From the NCBI GenBank assembly GCA_040285855.1, contig JAUFOQ010000003.1:1054001-1118000 (forward strand): DNA of 64,000 bases. The letters run 5' to 3'. This DNA is from Eukaryota sp. GEM-RC1 (Eukaryota). Position numbers and translations under genes: made by a program. Under the pieces are notes generated by a model. It did not search any database. It saw only the letters and a program-made list of their open reading frames with translations, and was not told the DNA's origin. This document shows, piece after piece, positions 36,446 to 50,400 of this stretch. Each line of letters begins with the position of its first letter. Position 1 is the first letter of the stretch.

Positions 36446-37399
36446 GAAAGAAGCAATGTGTACAGATGGTGTAGTCTAGTGAGATGACTTCAATTCTGGA
36501 GGAAGGCAAAAACTTTCTTCTTGGTTTAACTTTGGTTTCCCTGAACCTGTAGTAATTAGTAGAAACTAGGGATGCGTATTATCGATATCGAGTATTTATC
36601 ATAGCGTCGATGTCCCAATACAAGCAACCTTAAAAACTATACAATCATTCCCTTAACTATGCTTGTAGTCGTAATTTAATTTCCGTAATCAATCCAAACC
36701 GTAATTCAATTTCCGTAATAGTTAAAAACAAAACCGTAAATTAATTGCCGTAATTGATTGTAAAGGCCATAAATGACGTCCTGGAAGCACATGAATGTTG
36801 TGATACATATATCTAACGTGTCCTTAGAACTTATCCTTTACCTTTTGATTTACAGTTTTCGCTCGCTTTAGTGGCACTAGACCAAGGGAAAACTGTAGTA
36901 TAATTCTCAATAGCCTCTTTTGCTCAAACAATACATCTTAAGATCAAACAATGATTTCTATAGTCTGGAGCTAGACAAGATTCTGATGTAACAACATTAG
37001 TAATTGGCGGTTGTTCATCGGAAATAACTACCTCCTCAGAATGTTTAGCTTTCAACTGGTAGTTCAGATGGGAATAACCATTTCCATTTAAAATCCACAG
37101 ACCATATACAGGGTCACATACCTTGGATGTGTACATTAGCGATCCCTCTCGTGTATGATTTCCTGAAAGAATGAGTTCAGCACTATATTGTTGGGTGAAG
37201 AAGTGAGCTATGGCAGCGTAATGTTTGGATACTCTCGTCATGAAGAAGGTGACGCAATTACTGCCTGTTCTGATGGACTGGACAATTGTCGGTAACACCA
37301 ATTAGATAACAACACAGTTATCTACATTTTTGAATATTTGCGATTTTCTGATGTGTATTGATTTTATTGGAAAAAAAATTCCGGAAATTAACACCGTAT

Positions 37400-38085
37400 C
37401 AGGGATTGGAAATAATATATTGATATAGAAATATATTGCAATAATTACAATAACAATATGGTATTGTTCGTACATAAACAGTAACAATATCATATTGTTG
37501 GTGCGTGTACAATAACAATATTTTGCAATATATTGATTGGTTATTGTTAGTGAAATAATTGATACTTCACAGTTTTATGAATTTTTTTTTGTGAGAGAAA
37601 ACACTGTGTAATAGAATAGAAGTCGCCTCCTTAAGAAGAAGGATACTAAGCAAGACCATACACTGATTTCTACATTCACCTCCGACTGTCAACTTATGGT
37701 TTCCAAGCACCAGCTATTCAGAGTATATTGACTTTTTAATCATTCATTCACCCTCCAATGAAGTTTAGAGGCTCTTCAGTCACACAAAACTCACTTTTGG
37801 TTGTTATTGACATGTTTTAGATCAGTTTATCATAGAAAACCAATAGTTCTTGCTCTACAATCTTGCTTTCTGGAATGAAAAAATCAAATGGCAGAATTTT
37901 CAACTCATAGAAAAAACGGTTGTTGCAAATAAACTCCGTTATGTTTGAATTTTCCAATGTTGCATTATTGTCCATAAATATATATTCTTTGTTCACAATT
38001 ACAATACCTTATTGTTCCAGTTCTCTTATTGTCAATAAATAGTGTTGGTGGACAATAAATATAAATATATTTATTCCAATCCCTA
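37400..38085. mobile_element. 686-bp hAT-like MITE
   Basis: TIR cagggattggaa / ttccaatcccta; TSD caccgtat (37392-37399) / caccgtac (38086-38093); caata/tattg subterminal repeats. Confidence 0.8.
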
Positions 38086-39049
38086 CACCGTACTGTTCAA
38101 TTTCAGTAAATTTATTTCCGTACCTCTCAATTTAAGGTATTTTATGGAACAGAAATTGAAAATTAATTTCGACGAAATTGATTTTTAGACAGCCCTGTAG
38201 TAGGGTCCTTATAATCTCTCTTATGACTAAACAAATAATGTTCACGATAAACATTAAAATAGAAACTAAATATTACATTGCATATTCTTTATGATATCCT
38301 AGTCAATCTTGATCTTCCAATTCCAGATAAAAGAAGAAGACAAATTACGTCAGTTCTCAATTCCTTGATCACACATTCTGTACTGCGTGAATAAATTGTG
38401 TGAAGTTACAAACATTTATTATAGAATGAACCCTAACTTAAATGAAACTGAATGAACGAATACTAGTATAGAATGTCATTCCTCTTTAAATTTCTTTCTG
38501 AATTATTGATCACAAAACACACAGCCTTATCAGTTACTAGGCGTATTTGAAAACATAGTCCCAATTCTGAAGTATTTGTATGTTCTTTTGGAAGAGAATT
38601 GTACTGGAAGTTCAGTGACGAATATTTGAATTGTCATTACTCTAATTGATAAATTGAATCTTCCAAAGAGGCAGTCCGAAAGGACATATAACCTTCGTGT
38701 CTCGAAATCTATTCGTTTCGTTTTCGTTGTGTTAGTAGAATTTGCATTTTAAATAGGATTATACGTCATTCTGACAACAACATTCTTTCCACAACTAAGA
38801 AACCATCACAAGAGCCTTTTTGATCCAGCAATTAAAGACGGTTGTTTTGATTTGAGTAATTACAGTTGTTTGCTTGTTTTATAACCACGATGATATTGCT
38901 TAAAGTGCTGTAATCATCTTAAAGTAATGTCTGGGAAAGAAAAGGTCAACTGTGATGTGAAACTACCATATAAGAAACACCTTTTATTCACTCTTACAAA
39001 TACAAACTATCATCAATATTAACAAATGAGATACAAATACCTCTATATC

Positions 39050-40778
39050 ATCTCAAATTCATGTCTCAATGCAAAGAGACGGTTCAAAATTGAATCAAAA
39101 TACCTAAACAATGCTTTGAAAAGGGAAAACGACAACCTTCCTCTCCAGTAACTTTCATTATAATTCTTTCCATACTGCTTACACAATTTGCCAAAATCTG
39201 TGAGAAATTGTTGACCGAAGCAACCAAACGTACCATAAAGAGAAATAGCAAAAGGATGGAAACAAAAGGATTGTGTCGGCGAGAATTCATCTCGGAAATT
39301 AATTCGCCATCACAATCTAATTTTTTCCTTTCAGCATTCAAGAGCTCAATAGTTTTCGTCTACAATTTTGTTAACGGAAGTTGAGTTACAAGGATCAACC
39401 GTAGTAAAGTCCATAATTATAGCTTGAGATGACAACCAAGGACCAATCAAATCACCTCTACTCTTATCCCTCATAATTGAGTCAGACAAAGTATTTAAAA
39501 CTGGTTCGATTTTCCCATGAAAACCATTGCTCTTAAACAATTCTAAACATTGTTCACGTAAACTGTTGTGAATAATTGATCTTAAATGAATAAACTTATG
39601 ACAGTTGACCACATGATGGAAAGACGCTAAAAAGAACCACACACACAAGTAGACTAGGACTGTGCAGGTTTGGGTTTCAAAAGTTCCAAACCCCAAACCT
39701 GGTTTAGGTTTGGTTTGGTTTTCCAAAAATGGGTTTAGGTTTGGTTTGGTTTTTAAGTTTTAGGTTTAGATTCAGCTAGGTTTTTAAGTTTTAGGTTTAG
39801 GTTCAAATCTAGTAAACCCGATATGTATTATGAATTAAAAATAAACTGTAGTTTAGTGGAACACTGTCAAAAAAAAGAGAGATGTTTATTCGGCACCCAA
39901 TAAGGTAACCTTCCTTCAAACTATGAAATTGTAAAAACAAACAAATAATACTAAGATTAAATCCAAACGACTTCATCACCACCCGGTAAAAGATTACGTT
40001 TATCAACATTAACCTTCACACCAAACTTGTACAATTTCTCAATTAATCTAGAGAAATAGAAAGGCATATTCCGATATATGGAAAACACTATACGGTTTTT
40101 CCATTCAGCCATTCTAAACTTACGCTTCTTTTCTTTACACAATTCTTCGAAATCCTTGAAAAATAAAGTTGTTCTTACGGTAGTACTAGATAAGCTTTAT
40201 TATTAGTGCTCGAGTATCACAAACAACTACTAGTGGAACTACTTTTCTTTTTCAAAAAATCGTCTCCAATCCTTAAGACTGACTAGTGCTTGGATACTTT
40301 CATCAGACAGAGAAGCTCTATATTCTGTAACTGTGCTCTGTCTTCACTCATCACTTCAATTTCAGAAGAGTTCTCGTCAATAGAAGCGTCAAGATCGTTC
40401 ATATATAATGTAAGAGTCAGAGGGTTTTTGAAATTAAATGTGTTTCATTTTCCTACAGTTCTGAAGCTAAAGGTTTAGGTTTAGTTTTATTAGGTTTTGG
40501 TTTAGGTTTGGTTTGGTTTAGTAAGAAAAGGTTTAGGTTTGGTTTGGTTTAGTAAAAAAAGGTTTAGGTTCAGCTAGGTGTAGTAAAAAAAGGTTTGGTT
40601 TGAAACCTAAACCCGAACCTGCACAGTCCTAAAGTAGACTTTTGAAGGAGACCAACATGCCATAAACCTAACCTCAAACGAATGTTGATAAGCCATTCAT
40701 GATCTTTTAACCATAAAACGATTGGTTGACACAGAAATTGTGAATGTCATTGAAGAAACTAGTAAAATGTCTGGAACA
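39050..40778 (-). mobile_element. RLE non-LTR fragment split by the 39655-40631 element
   Basis: RLRLGLWHVG (40640-40690) resumes after the TSD as CVC..FHHVVNCHKFIHLRSIIHNSLRE..KIEPVL..RGDLIGPW..IIMDFTTVDP. Confidence 0.8.
39655..40631. mobile_element. 977-bp hAT-like non-autonomous element carrying a LINE 3'-end fragment
   Basis: 23-bp TIR taggactgtgcaggtt(t/c)gggttt with 1 mismatch; perfect 8-bp TSD aagtagac (39647-39654, 40632-40639); GGTTTA/GGTTTG subterminal repeats. Confidence 0.9.
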
Positions 40779-40786
40779 TTACAGTG

Positions 40787-41389
40787 CATACTTGTAAAAT
40801 ACAGAATTCTGTATTTTATGTATTTTTGTATTTTCCGTATTTTACGTATTTTTCAAACAGTGTGATTTAAAATACAAACTGTATTTTAGTGTATTTTTCC
40901 AATATGCTGGACAAGTGCTTCTTCAGCTCGTTTTTGTGCATTACAATTATACCAAGAACTTCTGCCAGATGCAGTCACCCTTGGTTTCAGATCTTCCATA
41001 CCTTTTGGTTCAGATTGACTTGATTTTATCAACCTCAATCTGTGAAGATCAATAAATTTTGTTCATCAACCTCTCTATGATGTATTCTCTTCCTGAATTC
41101 ATCCTAACAATCAAAGAAGTACCTTCTGGAACATAAGAAAGAGGACGTGGTGCAAGACACAGTTGCTGGAATCAGTGAATTAGTGCATATCAACCTTGAA
41201 CTTTTGTTGGACATCGTTGTAACCGCCTGCAGGAAATGGAAACGAATACAATGTTGCACTGTACCGTTATCGTTGAGTACTCGTTGAACAAGATTAACAG
41301 ACTGATATGTTTGTATTATACTTTGTATTTTATGTATTTTTGTATTTTATGTATTTTTCAAATGAAAACTCGTGTATTTTACAAGTATG
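40787..41389. mobile_element. 603-bp TIR element (CATA terminus, 8-bp TSD; hAT- or P-like)
   Basis: Perfect 17-bp TIR catacttgtaaaataca; TSD ttacagtg (40779-40786, 41390-41397); gtatttt subterminal repeats. Confidence 0.88.
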
Positions 41390-41477
41390 TTACAGTGTGT
41401 ACAGATCGAAACAAATATTGATAAAACTTTATAAAAACAGAATTAAAATCTATACATACAGACTAGTGGCTGATGAA

Positions 41478-44400
41478 TCAAGTTAATTGAACCAAAGGAT
41501 TCTGCAACGCATTGGTTCGGAAACCACTAGGTTTAAAGGCTACAGCATCTACTTTTCCAGAAATAAAAGTCTGAAGACACAATACAAGTGCTAATACAAC
41601 TAAAACAAAAACAATGAAAAGAACAGCACTGACAAAAATATCAGATGTGTTTATGACATCCATAGCTCGAACAAATACCAACATCAAAAGGCAAGCCTCA
41701 ATGATTAGGTATAATTTCTGAAGAAGTTGAGCTCTATGATGTTCGAAAGGCTGTCTCTTGGAGATGATTGCAATCGTCATCAAACAGAGACAGAATCCAA
41801 CAGAAGCTTGAACAACTGTACCTAAAGATTCCATAGTAAAGAGAACACCAACCATGGCAACAACTTGAAGCTGATTCAGGGCTTCATCGGTATAAGATAC
41901 AGTGGATCGAGTTACAGTGAATTCATTGCGAACATTGAGAAGAACAACATAAATGAAGTAGCCAACATAAACTGCAACAAATGAAATCGCAATAAATGCT
42001 AATAAGAACCATTCACTGGAGAAACAAGTGAGATCGTTGAAGAAGGGTGAGAAAAAGTCAGAAGAATCATGACGTTTACAACTGAATACACTCAATAAAT
42101 TATGAGCAGGAACGGCAAGGAAAATTTGGAAGAATACAGAGGAAATAGAAATTCCCTTAAGAAGAAGCCCTATACCTACGATACAAGGCAGAATTGCTGA
42201 CGATGTAATGAATAATGTTTTGAACCCTGAAGGTAATCCAGCACAAGCAGTGATGGGAGAACCCCAAGGACGAAGCATGACAGCATCTAATACATCAAAG
42301 ATGTAATGAATAGAGGAAGGAAGTGGGATAGCAGTAATTAGTCTAATGGCACATAGACATTGAATGAAACGAATAAGGGGTAAGTAGAATGGAAGTGCTT
42401 GGAACTTACGTTTCTTGTCAATAGAGACAAGAGGAATTAGACATGAATAAATGATAATTTGACTTGCAATGATTGCTAAAATAACAAGAGTGCTAGGACA
42501 TTCAGAACACAAATCTCCCTGAGCATAATAACCATCTTTGCAGTGACTACAATGAGGCCCAGTATAACTGTCACCACACTGCTCAAGAGATGAAGTACAA
42601 TTGCCAAGACAACCAGACTTCTTACAAGGAGAAACAGTACCATCAGAAGATTGGTAGAAGCCAGGTAGGACACAGAATTGATTGAACGCTTCACAGAGTA
42701 AACCAGTAGGACATTTAATACAGTCAGATCCATCAAAGTAAAGATTACCATCACATAGACATTCAGTCATACCATCATTGGCAGCTTGTCTTAAACCACA
42801 AGGAAGACATTCAGACATACCACTATCAGGAGCGATTGACCTCAAAGTACAGGACACACAACCAGTATCATTGAGGGATCTCTTAGATCCAGGAAGACAG
42901 CTAGAGCAAGAAGAAGAACCAGGTTGAGACCATTCACCAATACCACAGGGCTCACAAACAGGGAACCCATGGTTACTGACTGCCCTTGAACCAGCAGGAC
43001 AAAGGACACAAACATTGGTAATAGGATCTAATCCTTCCCCGTCTTGACATTCTCCCCCATTAATTTCAAACTCAACGTGTTCAAGACCATGGCTTACGGC
43101 AAAGAGAGTATGGGCTTCAGGAGAACCGACGATTGAAACATGGTAAGTGATTTCTCCATTTTGATTGTTAGAGGAATCTTTTGTATTAGATAGGCCAAAA
43201 GTATTGGAACCAGGAGCAAGAATCACATGACGTGCGGGGTCAATAACCACGTTATCATAGGAATCAACAATGGAAAGGATGACGCGAGATCCTTCGATTC
43301 TCTTGGCAATCACTCTGACTGGGATAGAAGCTAAACTGTTATCAGAGTTACTAGCAGTGTTTCCAATCAATTCTGATTGAGAAATCTGAGGAGTTAAAGT
43401 GGAATTGACAAATACAGCTCCACCAGCAAACACTGCTTTGTTTTGGTTAAACATAGTGTTAGAAATCAGAGTTCCTGGAGTGGAATTAGATAGATAAATG
43501 GCACCACCATAATCTGCTTCATTGTTAATGAAATAAGAGGACTCAATGACAAGATTAGATGAATAAGAATGAATAGCACCTCCATGGCCAAAAACGTCCA
43601 CATTTCGCTGTTCAGAACTCAAGATTTCCTCCTCTTGAGCGGCAGAAGAATACTTCCTGCCAGATGAACAAGATTCAAAGGTAGAGTGGTGAACAGTAAG
43701 AGAAGAATCAAGAGGGACAGAGATTACACCACCATTGGTAGTTGAAGAACAGTGATCGAACTTACAGTGGAGGAATGAAATAGAAGTACTAGAGATACAA
43801 CGGAAAAGTGAAGTCTGTGAGTTAGTAAATGTTGAATTAGAAATATGAATTTCGTTAGACTTGGTTGAACACAAAAGGTTTGCTTGGATATCACGTGCGG
43901 TAACAGAAGTCAATGTAAGCTTGGAATTAGCTGCAATGATTGTAGGGAGAGTTGAATCTAAATTAGTGAACAAAACATTAGTTAAATCTACAGTTGAAGA
44001 AACAGCATCAATAAGAGGATACGAGAGAGAATTAAAATGAGATCCATTAATTGAAATTTCTGAAAACATTGCTTTAATGAAATGATCACCAACATCACAG
44101 TTAGTGACAGTCATTTGTTCCAAGTTAAGTTTAGCATGTGATAGGACAATTGGATTTGTGACGGAAGAGTCAATCAAATCAAGATTTTTGAGTGAGACAG
44201 TACCCATGACAAGACGGAACAGAGAGGAAGTAGAAGTTTTGTGAAGAATTAGAGAATTGATATCAAAAGTGATTGACTTAGACACAATCATGGAATTGAT
44301 TCCTTCAGAAATGTTTAATTTGTCTGCAAAAACAAATGAAGATTGTCCTTGCATTAAGTGACCACTAGATTTTTCAACAATCAAGTTTTCAAAGCTAACC

Positions 44401-47400
44401 ATTGAAGTACTGTGAATAGCGAACAAAGGACCTGTTAAAGATGAATAGACTGAGGTCTTGAAACGAACAAAACTAGCAAATGAAGTCAAAACTCGACCAG
44501 AAGAGGAGTTTGATGGAGATGAAACAGAGACTTCATCAACAATGAGCTCAGAAGACACAGATCTAATGGCTGATTGACAGTCAGTAAAGATCAAAGAAGA
44601 GATCGAGAGATTGGTTTGATGATGTGACACTGCTAAACCAATTTCGTTGGACTCACAAAGGAAGTTTGCATTATTTCCCTTAATATAACCAATAATTTCA
44701 CTTGAGAAAACTAACGGAGTGTAACCACGATAAGTACCTTCCATAAAGATAATGGTATCACCTTTAATTGCCTTGGACAAGGTTGTTTCCAGAGTTCTAC
44801 AAGGAGCAATGTCAGATCCACAACAATGAGAATCATATCCATAAGGAGATGGTGCAATGTAGAATACTTCAGAATAGAAAGGATCGAACTCACGACCAAC
44901 CTTACCAAACATACGATCTGAGTGATACTTAAGGTCAAAGTTAAAGGTACAACTTCCAGACTTAGTTGAAAAGTTTCCTTGTTGAGATTGATGTTCAAAG
45001 AAGGTAAACTCAGTGGATTCAGCAAGTGGAAGTCGTGGATCAAATGAAATATCTAGAGTTCCATCATAGACCACGTCATCAACGATTAACATATCATTGG
45101 AACCATCCAAGTAAAGAGTGACTTTGACTGTTGAAATAGGAGTTAAAGTAAGGGTATGCTTATGAGAAGAAGTTCCAATCAAATCTAATTGTCCTAGAAT
45201 TTCAAGATTTCCACTTGTTAAAGATCCATGATGAACATTGAGTGAAGAGTTGATAGGAATTGATAGTTCATCAAAGACGAGCTCACCAGTTTCTTTGACA
45301 GTCAGATCCTTGGAGAACAAAATTGGTAGTTGAACAGTTAATGATCCAGATATCTCACCACCATACAGGAAGTGTACATTGGTATTGAGTGAAGTGCTGT
45401 GGGAGTCAGCAAAGATCAAGGGACGAGTATACACAACTAGAGAATCCTTCTCAGTATCAAGTAGAGAGAATGGATGAGGAGTATTGAATTCATCAGAAGT
45501 ATTAATGATGAAAGTGGAATTGGAAGCGGACCAAACGGATTCACAAAGAGATGCAAATTCATTGTCAATGGTTATAAGAGAATCAACAATGTTCAATGAT
45601 TGGGAACATGTTGCAACCTTGCTAGTTGTAATGTTAGAATTGATAACCTTTCCATTCTCGAGATAGAACGTCTCTTCAACAACAGTTTCAGAAGTGAAAG
45701 AACCATCAGTGAGGTTCAATGAAGACAAAACAAGGGGGACTTCGGAAAGAATTTCACCACCAGATTGACAGAGATCAGTTGTAGAAGGCTTAGAGAAAAT
45801 CAAATCATTGTCGTCGTTGAGGATTAGCTGCCCGTCATTGATATTTAATGTTGAGTCAATGAGATTCAATTGAGATCGAGAAACAGTGAAGAGAGATTCT
45901 CCAGAAAGGATGAAATGAGAAACATGAGAGACAGAAGAACCGTCAACTTCAATAACTCCACCAACAACTTCAGATACATTGAGATTGGAAATGGATGACG
46001 TGATAATAAGATTACCACCAGAAACTTCAAACAAGTCAAGGTCAACAACTTCGGAATAAACAAAAGATTCACCATCAGTAGAAGACATAATTAAATGGTC
46101 AATTGAAGAATCAGAGTTTACAGTAATGGTTCCTTGGAGAGATGATAAGTAAACATTAGAGAGTTTGGAGATGGGATGAATGGTTAAATTACCAAAATTG
46201 ATGAAACAAGGAGAAAATACATCACAGTTAACACTTCCAAACACGTCTACAGATGAAGAAGGAGCTATATGAACATCGCCTAAAAGCTCTGAATGAGAAC
46301 TAGTGTCAAACACAATTGAAGAATTCATATAAACAGTACTGAAATCACTAACAATAGAACTTCCCTGAATGTTGGTTTTGATGTTGAAATTGTTGAAGGT
46401 ATTGAACAACAGTTTTCCAGCAGCGACAATAGAACCATAACCATCAAACAAAGAGGAAGATACAGATAAATCACTGGAAGAATCAAGCAATAATTCAGCA
46501 TTTGAGACAACAAAGCTTGAATCGTTAATAGCACCAGTACAGTCGATCACAACTGAGTGAGTATCAATAACAACGTCACCATGATTGAACATACATTGAG
46601 CAGAGTCTTTGAACAAAGTCGATCCATTTCCATAGAAGTTAATAGATTCTACATCAGCAAAGTGAGAGACAGAAATGGAACCATGACTATTGATAACTCC
46701 AGTAACAGAACGAATGTTGCTGATGGGAAGATTAACTGAAGGCTCATAAAAGTTGAAGAATCCTGCATCTAAAAGGAAAGAATCAATTTCAAAATCATCA
46801 AGATTAACATCATCATTCACAATCAAAACTGATTGATTAGCAACTGAAAGTTGTTTGAGTTCATCAGATATCTTCAATCCATCAGACAATTCCATCAATG
46901 AGTCTTTTCCAGTTAGAGAAATTGTTGATCCCAGTGAAGAAACAGATGCAGAGTGTCCAGATCCAATAAGCTTACCAGATGTAACTTCGACGTTGAAGAA
47001 AGATAATGATGAAGTTCCATTAAAGTTGAAAGAAGCAGATGAATCAAGTGAAACATTGAGCGAAGACATTTTACAATGTGAAGACAAGAATGAAGCGTTG
47101 GATACAATCAGATTGAATTGGGAAAGTTCACAGTGAGGCGATGACGTAACAACAGCACCATCATCGACAATGAGTGCAGAAATGTTAGTGAAATGAATGC
47201 CAATGGTGACATCAGCATTAGGGGTGGAAACTTGAACAGAACCCAAACCAGAGATAATTGAAGAGGGTCTGAACAAGAACTCGTCAACAATAACCAAAAC
47301 TGATGACGGGTCAACAGCTACGTGACCAAAGTTATCAATTAATGATGTCGTCATTAGAGTAGAGCCATCACTGATTGTGATTAAACCATTGTTTAAAGTG

Positions 47401-50400
47401 GAAGTACTGATAGTAGACGAGCTATCTGATCGTACAACAATTGATCCAAAGTTTTCCACATAATAGTGATAGTCAGGAATGACGAAGGAGCTAACAGAAG
47501 AATTGGACAAAATGAGGGAAGCATTCAAGTGATTGATAAATTGAGATGAATGTTCAAGATCAATCACGGTATCAAGGACTTCGAAGTTGTGCCAATTGAT
47601 TAAGGAGTGACTGTTGTTCAATGTCTTGGGAAGATCTTCAGTGAAGAGAGAGGGAGCAAAGAGGGTTGTACTACCAGCTTCAGTTAAAACTCCACTAGTC
47701 CAAGAAAAGAGAGTGTAAACATTGATATTACCAGTACCTTTTCTTAATCCACCGCAAAGAACAAATCTATCAACATCAATTGAGTAGACCTTGTTGAGGT
47801 CGAAAATACCATCACAAAGAATAAGATCAGTAAAGTGAAGAGAATTGTCAGTAGAAGTAGTATCGAAAGTTACAACACCTCCAGATTGATTGAAGTAAAC
47901 TCTGTCTAGCGAGATGTGAACTGAAGGTGAAACTAAGAGTGAACCACCAGTAATAAACCATTGGGAAAGAGAAGATGAAATATTGGTGTGAGGTTCCAAG
48001 GTGAGGAGAGATGAATTAGAAACGGAAAGGAAATCTAATTGATGAAGAACAAAATGATCTTTCAAATTAGTTTGACCACCAGATAGTGTCATTGACATTG
48101 AGTTAGCTTCTCCATTAACTAAGAAATCACCTCCAGATTGATGAACATTAACAGTCTCGACAAACAGATTTCTTGAGAATTCAACAAGTCCATCAGTTAT
48201 CAATAGGATTCCAGTGTGATTGAAAGCTCCAGCTACAGAAACGTTGGACTGTGAATTGGATACATGGATTGTTCCTGGTGCATTTGTAACGACAGAAGAA
48301 TCTTTGAAGACGAAAAGACCAGTGAGTTCAAAGGTAGACTCCTCTGAAATTTGGATTAATCCCTCAGAATAAGAATTGGTTCCTACTGCAAGAGTTCCGT
48401 TTGATACTGAAGCAGTACCGTAATTTTGAAGAGCTAATAGGAATTCAAACTTTGAGTCAGTAACACCTTTTACAAATAATCCTTCATTGATAAAGATGGG
48501 TAATTCCTCATCAAAGGCAGTGGGAGTTAGAGTTCCATCACCACCAATAACGAATTCAGCTGAAGGTCTGTTGATAATTTTAGTGAAGTTTCCAGCTTCT
48601 AATTGTCCTTGAGTAAGGGAAATATATCCAAAATTCTCTAGAACATGTCCTTCATCAATGATCATCAAGGAAGTTCCTTCAACAACCATTAAGTTCATAT
48701 TCCTTGTCGTTCCATTTCCAATGAAAGAACCCCCTTGCCATTCAAGTTTATCAGTTACTTCAAGCAATCCAAAGCCAGATCGTTGTCCACTTATAAGAAC
48801 AAGCTCAGAGATATACATGGGAGAAGCATCAAGGATGAGTGAACCTCCATCAATTAAAGCATCTGAGAACAAAGCAGTTGCAGAGAGAGAATTATTTTGG
48901 ACATGAACTGATCCTCCAACTAATCTGAAAGAGGAATTAGTGATATCAGTAAAACTATCAGTATATAGAATTACTTGGCCGTCTCCTCCAACAGTAACAA
49001 AAGAGTCAGTCATTGAGATGCGAGATCCTGGGAGAACTTCAATAATACCATCTGTGATTTCAACACTATAAAGATGGTCAACCACAGAGTTATTGGCAAA
49101 TGAAACTGTACCATAATCCATATGAATAGCAACAAAAGGAACATAGGAGTACTCATCAAAGAGAACAGTACCATCAGCAAATAATTTAAGATTCATTTTG
49201 ACAACAACAGCAGTGTCAGTGATGACGACATTGGAATCGTCAGCATCCTCTTTAATAACCAAGTCACCAGAGTGATTGAAAACACCGGCAATTGTTACAA
49301 AGGTTTCAGGGGTGGCTATTCTAAATTCTCCTTCTCCAGTAACTAGAGATGATTCGTTGACTTTGAAAGTTCCAAGAAGACTTAACACAGTAGATTCTTC
49401 AAGAATAATAACACCAGAAGACCATGAAGAAGGTCCAATTGAGAAGATGTTTCCTTCAGAACAATCAGTAACAGGATCAACTATACGTAACAGACCTTCG
49501 TTTTGAAGAATGAAATCAACATCAAATTGGGAACATCCATATTTCAAAATAGTTGCACTTGGCTTATTGTAAAAGACCGGAAGATTGTCTAAAGTTTCAG
49601 GAATGATTTCACCAGTTCCATTAATTACAAATAGAGAATCGGGAGTGTTAGTAATCGACGATAGTTCTCCACAAATCAATTTACCTTCAGCAAACAAACT
49701 GTAAGCTCTAAGGACAAGAGAATGGTTTGCTTTCAAGAACTTATCATCAGGATGATGAATGAGGGTATAAGCGTGACTGTAAGTAATGGAGTTATCGGAT
49801 AATGATCCAGATGTCCATTCAAATAGTCGTGAAATATTCAACAATTTCAAACCACTTCTCAAACCACCGTTGAGCAAGAGATGTTCAACTTCGACATAAA
49901 AAGAAAGCCAGTCCTGGTTAATAGTAAAGGTACCATCAGTCAGCTGAACAAAAGCAAAGTGAGGGTCTTTTAGGTCGTCTTGAAGAACAACCAGCCCATG
50001 TCCAAGTAGATATAACTGAGTGTTAGAGAACAAACATCCGGAGCTGGTTTCACAGTGGAATTCACCATTGTAAACCGTAATGTTACTAGCAACAAATGAC
50101 ACATCATTAAGAGAAGATACATTGACCAAACCATCTTGAAGTAATAGAGAAATGGTGGTATGAACAAAGTAATCATCAATGACAATTAGTTCACCTCCAA
50201 GAACCGTTCCAGTAAACGTGATCATTCGACCATTAGAATTCATAGAAACAAAGCCATCTTCAAGAAGCAAGTTCAGTTGAGTTGTGAGTGAGTGATTAGT
50301 AAAAGAAGCACTTCCAAGAGACACTTTGAAGGATCCAGAACTGTTGAAATGACCAAAAGAAGTGAAGTTAGAATTAAGGTCATCTAGATGGATTAATGAA

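Noticed and set aside
36660..38197. Larger TIR element enclosing the 37400 MITE (ttccgta repeats, right end ..gacagccctg)
   Set aside because: No matching left TIR or TSD could be located.
39690..40610. Telomere-like (TTTAGG) repeats
   Set aside because: They are irregular and confined inside a TIR/TSD-bounded element, so they are subterminal transposon repeats.
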